A stretch of 61,746 nucleotides of DNA, the filler included, from Choristocarpus tenellus KU-1152 (taxonomy: Eukaryota > Protista > Phaeophyceae): the NCBI GenBank assembly GCA_964200185.2. It is 13 parts of 13 records of this genome, joined end to end, with 100 filler letters (N's around TTAATTAATTAA, not from the genome) between each part and the next. Parts side by side here need not be neighbours in the genome. Positions count along the whole stretch, not along the records: positions 49,280 to 54,934 come from CAXNAD020010119.1; positions 55,035 to 58,483 come from CAXNAD020019958.1; positions 58,584 to 61,746 come from CAXNAD020021850.1; 10 more parts are not named here. The stretch is one strand, 5' to 3'. Under the pieces are notes generated by a model. That model was not told the DNA's origin and did no database searches. It saw only the letters and a list, made by a program, of their open reading frames with translations. A program made the position numbers and the translations under genes. Positions within the stretch are counted from its first letter, which is position 1; the number at the start of each line of letters is the position of its first letter. Positions 51,698 through 61,746 of the stretch are shown here, in pieces.

Positions 51698-52730
51698 ATG
51701 GCCCTGGACAGGTATCTCAGAGCTCTAGATGATGCTATCAGGACCAAGGATGGGGTTGCTATTGGGCGATGCTTCAGTGCAGATAGGGTGGATGTGCCCT
51801 ACAGTCAGGACTTCGTGCCGTGGTTGAATGAGGTGCGCCACAAACGCGATCATCTTGGATCGAGGCAATCTCCGATGTACCGCACAAGCTTTCACACGCC
51901 CTGCTCCCACCTCCCTCTGAATTAATCGCCAGCGGAGTATTGACAGGCAGTGCGAAAAGAACTTGCCCGAAGATGTTGCCGTGGTTGCGGGTGGTGTTCT
52001 AAGATCTTTGAGTGCTACCCATGACCGGAAAGCAGAGGAGGCACACAAGTACTACCTCACCGCCCTCGAGTAAGCTCTCCAAAGTATCTTCAGATTCCTA
52101 AGAGGCACCAATCGTGTTGCACTTATATTAGGTTCATCCTGTCTGCATCTTCGAACAAGGATAGGGTGTGTTCGACGTCAACCATACCGTGAATTAACTT
52201 ACAGCCCGAACCCTTGCAAACGTACCGTGCGTGATAGGTCATTTCTAGATCGTCTTTACATTCCTGGGGGAACATGGCTGGCACCTTGTCTGTACTTGAT
52301 GGTGGCTGGCGTCAGAAAGTTGGCAAAGCAGGTGACCTGTTGCATTGGGGGAAACTATATTCAGCCTATGGTCACACCGACAACTGCATCTTCAAATGAT
52401 GTCAATTGCTTCTGTCACATTAACGCCGCTTGACTAAGCCTCAATTTTCTACTTGCTTCATAATATACAGGCCATGGTCTTATGCTTGAGGTTGAAACGC
52501 CGCCTTTGACGTGAGCCTCTTTCTACAGCAAATTGAAACTTAAGAGAATTGCATGGAAGCACCGATTGGTATCAATGGCACTAATGAGTAACGGTCTCTC
52601 TACACAGGCTGATTGGGGTTCAAGGGATGGCACCTCATCTATGTCAAAGGCGGTGCTTAGCTATGGAGATACAGAAGTCGAGGAAGCTAATAGCAAGTGC
52701 ATGGTGGTCACCACCCACATCATCATGAAG
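51698..52730 (+). CDS. PCI domain-containing protein 2 / CSN12 / Thp1-like, 5' exons 51698-51832, 51933-52069, 52238-52331, 52608-52730
   Basis: MALDRYL..L..AI...DG; W.AP.LY.M...VR.LA.Q|AD pattern resembles the PCID2 N-terminus; phases consistent. Confidence 0.6.
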
Positions 52731-54861
52731 GTTAGTGTGCCCACTTGAACTATGCCTACTCTATTGCCTTCCTTCTGTGGCGGTTGCTTGATGGAAGATG
52801 TTGTATTCATTCAAAGGGAATATGAGCTTAGATATGGTTGAACATAACTGCGCACAAGAACACAGTAATACACACTCAGGTAGCATCTACACACATAGGA
52901 GTGATCCATTTTACGTGTCGTGTTTAGAATACTTCAGCACATTCAGTTAGAAGTACAGAATGACTGTTAGCCAGTCTGCTGTAGGGTTTTATCCCTTCAC
53001 CTCCAATTGCCTTAGTTGCATGTCCAGATATTGGTTACCCTTGAAAGTTGATCTCATTGGGACCAGTGTTTGGCTGAATTTCTGAATATAAAAAGTTTTA
53101 ATCAACATCTCAAATGATCAAAATATGGCGTGCAAGAATAATTCCAATTTTAATACAACTCCACTATCCCTGAGACCCTCTTGTGCTTCAATCCGCCTGA
53201 TACATACATACATACGCTTGCCTTTTGGAGGAACAATCCCGGAGCATTCGCCGCAGACAAGCCACGTGAAATGGCTCTCTCAGGACATGCTTACTCCACA
53301 TCACTCCATTAGTCTTAGCTTATCATTGAGAGTCACCTCTTTCATCTTTCAAACACTCCAGTAGGACTTCACGGGCCCCAAAACAATGGCTCTATTTGAT
53401 GACCACACCGGGAGGGCCGCGATCCTTTTCAGAGATAGACTGTTCCTAGGCTGTTCTTAGACTATTCCAGTCCCTTTTTTTTTTTTCCAAATTTTCTCTG
53501 CATATGCGAAAAGAATGCTCGCCATTCACTGAAGGGCATTACCTTTTTGGCCCTGTGCTTTTAGCATCCGAGTTTTGTCGCCTTCCCTTCTTTCAATACT
53601 CGACGGTGCTGTTGGTCCTGGCAACTACTCCCATTTCGTTTTTGTTTTTTTTCAATTTGTGCACTAGGTTGTGTATGTTTTGAAGCCGTTGCGTCTTCGT
53701 TTTTTGCACAAAATGCAATCCACTGACTGCCGATGACGAGGGGTTTTGTAGTGCTTTGGAGGTATTTTAGTTTGGTGCGCACGTAGAGGGTTATCGCAGT
53801 CGATACAAATGAAAGTTCAAATGTTGGATGGGAAGAGGAGTCCTGATGATGCAGTTGAGGATTTAAAATCAATTCTTTTTTATTTTGTTCCAATCTGATT
53901 TTTCTTGGCAGTTTGCTTTCAATCACCGCAAATTGTAGGAAGCATATGTGCTTCCCCACGTTCAAAAAAGAGTGTTCTTGGCCACTTCTTCGTCATGCCT
54001 GCAGGATTTTCATTTCCCAGCTGCTTTAAAGTATCACCGCTGAATAGGAAGTAAGAGTACTGTTTTCTATGCTGTAGCAAAGTTTGAATGGAGCTCATGT
54101 TAGGGGTGGACTCCGACAATAATCAGAGCCTCCGTGCAAAAAAAGAAAGAAAGTGTTTTTTGATGCTCTTTTTTGTGTATATTTTGATGCTCTTTTTTGT
54201 GTATTTTTTTACGCTCTTTTTTTTTTTGGCGGTTAACTACTTGTACGTTCACGCGTGTATCTATATAGTATATGAACAGATCTTCCGTTCCATAGAGTTG
54301 CTGGTTCTGTTGTAGGATAGTAGGGTCTCGGTGTAGTTTTAGATGCCTATGCCTATAGAGAAGGTTTCCTATACGCTGGAGCGTTACGTTTTCTTATTGC
54401 TTCTGTTTTTGTTTTTGTTTTTGTTTTTGTTATATTTTTATTTTTATTTTTATTTGGTGTTAAGCCGACTTTTTCAATGTGCCCATCCTGTTTCTACGAT
54501 TCTTGGCAGGCATTCCGCATCTCCATCAACGACCGCAGCAATGAACCCAACGGTGAGGGGTACGACGACAGTTCAGTACGTTCATAATCGCCATACTGTG
54601 CACTACAAAAAGGACTGCTTGTGTTTGTAGCACGCTTACTATAGACTGTGGACTGAAATCTTCATTAGGGTTTTATTTATTTTTTGGTATCAGCCTTCGT
54701 TACTCCTATCTTTTCACCTTCCTATGTAATGCTGTTTACGATGGTCTGCCAACCCTAACCCTAACCCTAATCCTAACCCTATAGTATTGATGCTCTAATG
54801 CACCTCGCTTTGGTTCCAAGAACAGTCGGGGGGGGGGGGGGGGGGGGGGGGGTGAGAAAAA

Positions 54862-54934
<73 letters not shown>

Positions 54935-55040
54935 NNNNNNNNNNNNNNNNNNNNNNNNNNNNNNNNNNNNNNNNNNNNTTAATTAATTAANNNNNNNNNN
55001 NNNNNNNNNNNNNNNNNNNNNNNNNNNNNNNNNNGGTTAC

Positions 55041-57605
55041 CTGTCATTGATGACAGAAAAGGGCTTCCCTCCATTAAAGAACATGTTGAAGGGCCAGCGA
55101 GCACTGGATGAACGATAGTACCTGATTCAGTCCAAAGTGTCAGAAGAAAAAGTAATTTAAAAAATGCCATACCAAATTTTTATGAAAAAAAAGATAAAAT
55201 ACCTTCTTTTTTTCTTTATCACATTTGTTTTTGAAGTTACAAACCCAGTTCTTTTCGGATCTTTTCATCACATTTTTCCTACTTTATTGTACTGATAAAT
55301 AGACCACAAGAGATATGTCTTCAGTAGGAGATATATTCATTCCCGACAGGTCCATTGTAGAATTCATTTATCTCTTACATCGTCCACTACGCACACTACA
55401 GACATTAATATTAACCCACTGGGATCTGACAAATCTTGTCTAAGTCCAGACACTGTCTTGATGATCTTCATGGGATGTCCACATTGAAACATGCAATTTG
55501 AACTCCCCCCCCTCCTCCTCCTCCTCCCAAACCTCCGCACTACATAGAAGATACACAAGGAAAGAAGCGCATGAGACTGCTTCACATGAAATAAAACACA
55601 CCCTGAAAGACAACAGCCGTGTTTCAACTTAATACTGATTTATCATTGAGTCTTTCTTCTATGCAAAAATAATAATCTGAAGTGGAGCACAGACTTGAAA
55701 CCACACATTACAGGACTTTCCTAGCAAATTCTAGAATTATAAACTCTGTTTTATACCCTAAATTGTCAAGTTTCCGAACTGTTCTCACTAGACAGCAGCA
55801 ACAAAACAAAACAAAAATATTTTCTGGGCGCAATTATGTACTGCTTTAACAAAAAAAAAATACGTACAGTCATGGAATCACACATCTCACCTGGCCTGGT
55901 GTAGAACAACAGGGATCTTCCCCTTAGATAATAACGCCTCCTTGGGGAGCCATACATCCGTGGCCAACTGCAATATCAAGCAATAAAGTCAAGGGATGGT
56001 CGTATAAATTGGAGGTTAACGTCTGGGTTAGAGTTGTCCCAAGCTTAGAGGGGAAAAAATTGATGGAAATATATACTTCAGAGCATATATATATATATAT
56101 ATATATGTATACATATTTGTATACATTAATGCCTAAGCTGCTGCAGGCACACTACATAGTATGCAATAGACCAAGACTCTCTTTACAGCGAACCAGCTTA
56201 ATTCATATCGCAAATATAATTCCTCTCACCCTCGACGTTGGCATCACCAAGCCAAGGACAAACTTGCTTCAATTCAAGCAGGCTCACTACCATGCAGGCT
56301 GTTGTCATCACAGCGTGATGTGTTGCTAATTATAAATGTTGAGAGTTTGGTGTTGAACGCAACGAACCTTCACAATATCAGATAAAATCTGGATGAAAAG
56401 GGACTCACGTACCAGTCTCAGAAGCAGTAAGTAAGGAGGATCCGTGCACTGTCAAAGATCCCAGTGCACTACTACGTATCACCTTGAAACTCTATAATAC
56501 CCCCTCAATTACTCTTTCCAACAGCACCGTTCACAAATCCCCCTAACGATTCATACATTCACGGTGGAGGCAAAAAAGGACATATACAACACCTAGATTA
56601 AAAAACAAATCGGAAACAGTCACACTGCTGGCTCCCTGTCACGATGTTCCTAAGCTGGAGAAAGTCTTGCTCCCAGTCCTCCCCACCTCCCAGTGCATAG
56701 TTGTTAGTACCTTAATACCATCCCTCGTTGTGATATAGAAAGTTTGGAGCTCCACTCCCTCTCGCATGTCAAGATTTCCTGGCGATGTTTGCCTGTCATT
56801 TTCCAAATCCTCTCCATTCAATCCCCATCTGTCACTAGTTAGTTGTTCCTTACTAGACATCCGACGATGCTTGCGGAAAATCTTACAGATTCTGCACAGA
56901 ACATGTGGGTGGGGAGGAGATACAGAGAAGGAACTGTTGGGATCACAGGCAGATATGTCTATAACTTCGGTCTTTGGCATACTTGTCAGTCATCTGTGGC
57001 TTAGGTATACATAGTGCGATCGAGAGGTTGAAAATGACAAGGAATGCAAATGGCGTCGCTCGAGCGCGGTTTAGGATTGTGATTGACAAGGGAAAGAGAT
57101 TGCACACAGGGCAAGATATGCAAAGCGAGTTCGGGGAATTTCTTCCACTTTATGCATGCTTGACTTGGAGTGCGTGATCAGGCAGGGTAAAGGTCTACCC
57201 CACAAGCATGATACCAGGTAACCTTCCATGAAAAGATCGCTACAGTCACAGTGGTGATTAGGGGTGTCCAAGTAAGTACTTCATGAGAGGTTAACACGGG
57301 GTCGGACTCTCCTTGCTTCTAACCAATACGTGCTGAGGTGATTGTGAACAATTAGTGTTGGTGGCTCGGCGTCAACTCCTGTTTTTCATTTGTCCCTTGC
57401 ATGTATCAGTAAAAGATCTGGAGTTAATGAATAAGAGAATCGGAGGGATGTCTGACTGCAACAGCGACAAGGTTTTTGCGCCTTACCTTTTCACAGGTAG
57501 CACGAAGACGAAGTAGATCAATGCCACTATGAGGGATAGGAGCACTAGAGCGATATAGGCCAGCACAAATGCAGTCCTCCTGGCAACAACGCCAACTGCA
57601 TGCAT
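55041..57605 (-). CDS. CocE/NonD-family (peptidase S15) hydrolase with N-terminal membrane anchor, 5' part; exons 57487-57605, 56711-56891, 55891-55967, 55041-55121
   Basis: Spliced product reads YITTRDGIK|LATDVWLP...KIPVVLHQAR|YYRS...RWPF, the RDG.+LA.D.Y/W.P....P.++ signature; all junction phases match. Confidence 0.85.
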
Positions 57606-58598
57606 ACCTTCGGACATACTGCCTTCTGGTAGATATCCCCGAGTCTAACGCCACCAGTGAACTTGGAGGTTACGTAGATAGCTTCAGAAGTTATTTCACT
57701 GATTCCCACTCTCTATCTCACACCCTAGGGGGAGAAGGTAGGCACTCAGATCCCTTCCGCTCCTATCGCAACTTTCTGTCTAACCCACCCACACCAAAAG
57801 TCTACCTACCCCCCACTGGTTTCTCCCGCATGCACATGTCCAACAAGCGAGGGGTGACAGCAGGGCAGTACCTAGGGATTTTCTCCCTCATCTGGAGGTC
57901 TTGTTCAGGCTCATTCTGATACGCAGTTTAAGGTTAAACTCCGTGAGCGACGTCCGAGTTGCGGTCTAGTGGTGGTGGAAAATATGGTCGTTAAATTGCT
58001 TGAACCTGGACAGGTATCGTCGACTTTTGTATTGTTATTACATTCATAGTTCCACATTCTCTGTTATGTTCTTGATACTAAAGTTAATACTTCTTGATAC
58101 TGTTGTAAGTGAAGTATAGTTCTGGTACTAAAATACTGTATTAAGTAATAGTGAAATAACGTAATCCATGTCGGCGCAAATGGGTCATGTTTTCAAACAT
58201 ACATGATGAAAATCGTTGAACAGCGATGTCAGAGATTCTTAACCTATATTAATAAAGTTAGAACCATAGGAGTGTAGATATGAGATATTAGAGAGTTGAG
58301 TAGAGAACAACATCCAACCCAATATTGTTCGATATGTATATATTTTTCGAATAGTACATACTCTTATCTAATAAAGGTGTCTTCCCATAAACACCAGGTG
58401 TATCTACAACAACAATAGAGTATAGTTTTGGGCGCCTCGGCAAGCAAGCGGAAAGCTTCCAGGATGAGCTGGCTACCCACATGNNNNNNNNNNNNNNNNN
58501 NNNNNNNNNNNNNNNNNNNNNNNNNNNTTAATTAATTAANNNNNNNNNNNNNNNNNNNNNNNNNNNNNNNNNNNNNNNNNNNNGACTGATGTGTATCA

Positions 58599-58780
58599 GA
58601 CTCAAAGTATCTGGGGGGGGGGTGACGGCTGTCCATTTTGGGCCAATGTTTTCATGTTGAGATTTTTGAGTGATTAGGTTGCATTCATCATCGGATGGAT
58701 AATATAAGTACACTTTTCCTGGTTATGGTCCAAATGGACACCCTGGTGTAGACCCCCCCCCTCTCCAGATACTTTGGATC
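58599..58780. mobile_element. MITE family B, full copy
   Basis: GACTCAAAGTATCTGGGG ... CCAGATACTTTGGATC; ATCA on both flanks. Confidence 0.85.
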
Positions 58781-59442
58781 ATCAAACTTGTGCACTGTTT
58801 CTGTGCTCCCCACTGCTTGCGCATAGAAGCAGGTAGGGCACATGCCCGACCCTGACACTATTCCCCTGTAAGGATGTGCAGGGGAGGGCAGGGAAGACAC
58901 CTCATATGCGGGTGTTCCTCCTGGGGCTGGGGCTGAATGCCCTTTCAGCGGCAATGGACCGGTGAGTTTGCCCACGAGAAGGTGTATGTCCCTGCGCTGG
59001 AATCACTAGTAGTACTTCTGAGTGTGTTAACAGGTCATGATTTTGAACCTGTATGTGGAGTCTGGTAGCGAGCTGCTGTAGAATTCCCACATCAAAGGCA
59101 AGACTTTCAAGCACTGCAATACACTCGATCCAAGGTATTCCTTTGAATGTTGCTCTGCCAATGGGGCCTTTGCACGGATGAGCTGTGATTCTCCTTTCAT
59201 TGGTCGTTTATCTCCAAGGGCATCGTGCTTCAGTGCTAAGTTTGTAATGCTATTTGTCATATTTTCGGGAATGAAGTGAAGAAAAATTACATTTCAAACT
59301 CAGTGCTCTGCAGGGGCCTGGCATGATGGTCTTACACAACATATTGGTAGGCACAGGCAGGATCGATGCCCCATTCAAATAATACCTGAATATTGTCTTT
59401 CTTGCACAATCCGTCCACCAAAACCTGCACGTCTAGCTCAAA

Positions 59443-59676
59443 ATGATCATGCCCAAGAAGAAGCAGAAGGCGGCACCGGGGATCCTCTCACCTCTACTCC
59501 GAGAGAATCAACTAGTCATTCCTACGCGTCCGGATGGTAACTGCTGGTTTCGAACCAGGATGGTCTGTGTTTCGGTGGCATTGGCTAGAAACCCAAACAA
59601 GTTCTTAACAATCTTGGATGGGCTGAAGACTGCAATACATCGCAATTTCACGATGCACAGAGTCAATGACAAAGAG
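59443..59676 (+). CDS. First exon of an OTU-like cysteine protease
   Basis: IPTRPDGNCWFR matches the OTU D-G-N-C-x-F-R catalytic loop; ends at GTGAG donor. Confidence 0.5.
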
Positions 59677-61678
59677 GTGAGTCACTCCTTTCATCCCAAA
59701 CTCATTGCTAACCCTACTAGGATTTGTGTTCTTCCTTCAGACTCTGGGGGCTTGACAAACCCTAAATCAGTCAGTATTTGTGACAGTTGGCAGTAGATGG
59801 GATAAAAGTTTTAATGTACGGCGTGCTTGCTGGGGTGAGTTTACAAAACAAATCGTCCCTGGTGTCAGTAATGTGCAACTCAGAGTTTCCCAGTTGGTCC
59901 TATTTTTGTGGGGGGGGAGGTTGGCCGTAGTACAAGAGCTCTCTCTCCTCATGGCACTGTGGCAGGAGCTCAAGGCAATCAATACCAACCTGGACCACAC
60001 TCTCTTCAGCTATGAACCCAACATTCTGCGGTAGTCATTGTCGACTTGAAATACGTCTGTGGCAAGTGGAGAGGGTGTGTGTGTTGCTCCAGAATATCCT
60101 CACCGCCTTGGTTAAAGGTATCGATCACATTTGTTGACCTGCAGATATTCCTCAGCTCCGTGGGAACCCGAAAGACGATATGGTGTGGTCTGTGATGCTC
60201 TAGGGTACTCTCTGATGGCATGAGATAGATAGCTGTATCAACCCTGCAACAATTTGGATCAGGTCATGGAAGTTATGTGCATACTTCAGGCTTCAGAGTA
60301 ACGTATTTGGAGGGGAAGATCAAAAACTAGAACGGAAATATTTAATCTATGAGTTTTCATGAAGATTCAGAGGTTTTCCTGTTCATTTTTTTCTGAGCTG
60401 AATCAGAGATGCTCATGTCTACTCACAGTGGCGAAATTGATACTTCATTGTGGTAATCCGTGCTACACTCTTGTCCATAGTGTTTTGTGGGAGGTTTTGT
60501 GTGCTATTTTTCAGTTTCTGTAATTCTATGTCACTTTCTCTACGTTCTCCTTGTCTTCTTCTATAGCATTCTGCTACTTGGAAGTATTTGATCATTTAAG
60601 CCTGTATGGGAGGGAAGGTAGACACATTTCTTGCATCACCAAATGCTAGTTCTCCTGAGTGTTCCAAAATAGGGAGAATATGAGTAGTAGCTCAAAATTA
60701 TTCTGAAACAAGTTTGCAATCTACTTTGCATCTTGTTTGGCATGTATTCGTGTTTAAAAACACATTTCTCATCGATCTCTCCACAATCAATCACGATAAA
60801 ATGGATATGAATGAACCCAAGATATGCCGTGCACATCAACAAAATTCTTATTGATGTGTGGATCATGTACAGGTTTGGATGCGTGAGAAGTTGAGGAAAA
60901 TGTAACAAAAATAAGCTTGCCATTCGGTTGGGTTTGTCATGAGATATTACTTCTAACGTTTGTGGTTGGTGTGAGATATCCATATCTGAGAAATGCATAC
61001 ATAAGGGTCATGGTGATCTCGGGCAAGGTTTTGATGATTGTGAATAGGAACTGGTTTTTGTCTTCACGTGTGATTTTGTCTGGGTACACCTGCTCAACTG
61101 ATTCTGTCCATCCCCTCAGTCTTGGATACAGTCTTGACAAAGCCTTCTGGAGTGTTGGGATCCTCTGTAGTTGACGATAATCATCACCGTGGCATTGTAT
61201 ATGTTGTACGGTGGATACAAGATACTAACAGTAGTAAGAGGGGTATAGGTGGTACGTGGACAAGGGGGGAGGAGGCACTCTATGTAGTCTCTTACCTTGA
61301 TTTTGTGAAATTGTGAATCTACACTACAAGGCATATTGATTTTCCAGTTAGGGAGCAGGGCTCGTTCCCATGAAAATTCCAGTCACTAGACAGAATTTGA
61401 TTTTTTTTTTTGATGCAGATGTGGCTACTAGGGATGAAGCTGCGTAGCAGTTGCCAGTCATATCCCCATTGACACTCGAGCGGTTAGTCCAAAATGTGTT
61501 GCGCTTTCTACATGCATTTTCTTCGTGTACCCATGCATGTATGCGCAGTGTGGATGTGAAACAGTCACCTTCCTCTTACCCAGTCACTAGTTACCCCGGC
61601 CTCAATAGTATATGTGTTGGGAGACGACCCTCTATTGCACATCCACGCACATTTACATGAAGAATATGTGTGACAATA

Positions 61679-61746
61679 GGCTCAAAGTATCTGGGAGGGG
61701 GTGGCGGCTGTCCATTTGGGGTCAATTTTTGTATGTCGCGATTTTT
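61679..61746. mobile_element. MITE family B, truncated by window end
   Basis: GGCTCAAAGTATCTGGGAGGGGGTGGCGGCTGTCCATTTGGGG. Confidence 0.85.

Noticed and set aside
55766-55957. PH-domain-like ORF (RRYYLRGRSLLFY)
   Set aside because: Wrong frame; the alternative frame gives the CocE signature with matching splice phases.

Overview
Eukaryotic genomic DNA, not a continuous locus: 13 short contigs are joined by 12 artificial ~100-nt spacers (N-run + TTAATTAATTAA + N-run). GT-AG introns, flagellar/centriolar genes and TTAGGG repeats suggest a flagellated protist or alga, most plausibly a stramenopile such as a brown alga or relative (inference). Spliced, mostly partial genes: EFHB-like, a CEP135-like coiled-coil protein, an EF-hand + 4 Cys-rich finger protein, an ankyrin-repeat protein, PCID2/CSN12-like, a membrane-anchored CocE/NonD hydrolase, an OTU-like protease exon and several unknowns. 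Mobile DNA is abundant: about 21 copies of two sister MITE families sharing a CAAAGTATCT terminal core, decayed Ty3/Gypsy (chromodomain-bearing) elements, and a 240-bp bacterial IS256-type transposase fragment. The most unusual signals are (1) a gag-less Gypsy element whose primer-binding site is a 53-nt copy of mature tRNA-Ser(GCU) reaching back to U33; (2) short telomeric repeats written into near-cognate internal sites (both TIRs of one MITE, a MITE-derived minisatellite, intron branch-site regions, a head-to-head hairpin); (3) the IS256 fragment. All coordinates, splice models and family calls were read by eye without database searches.
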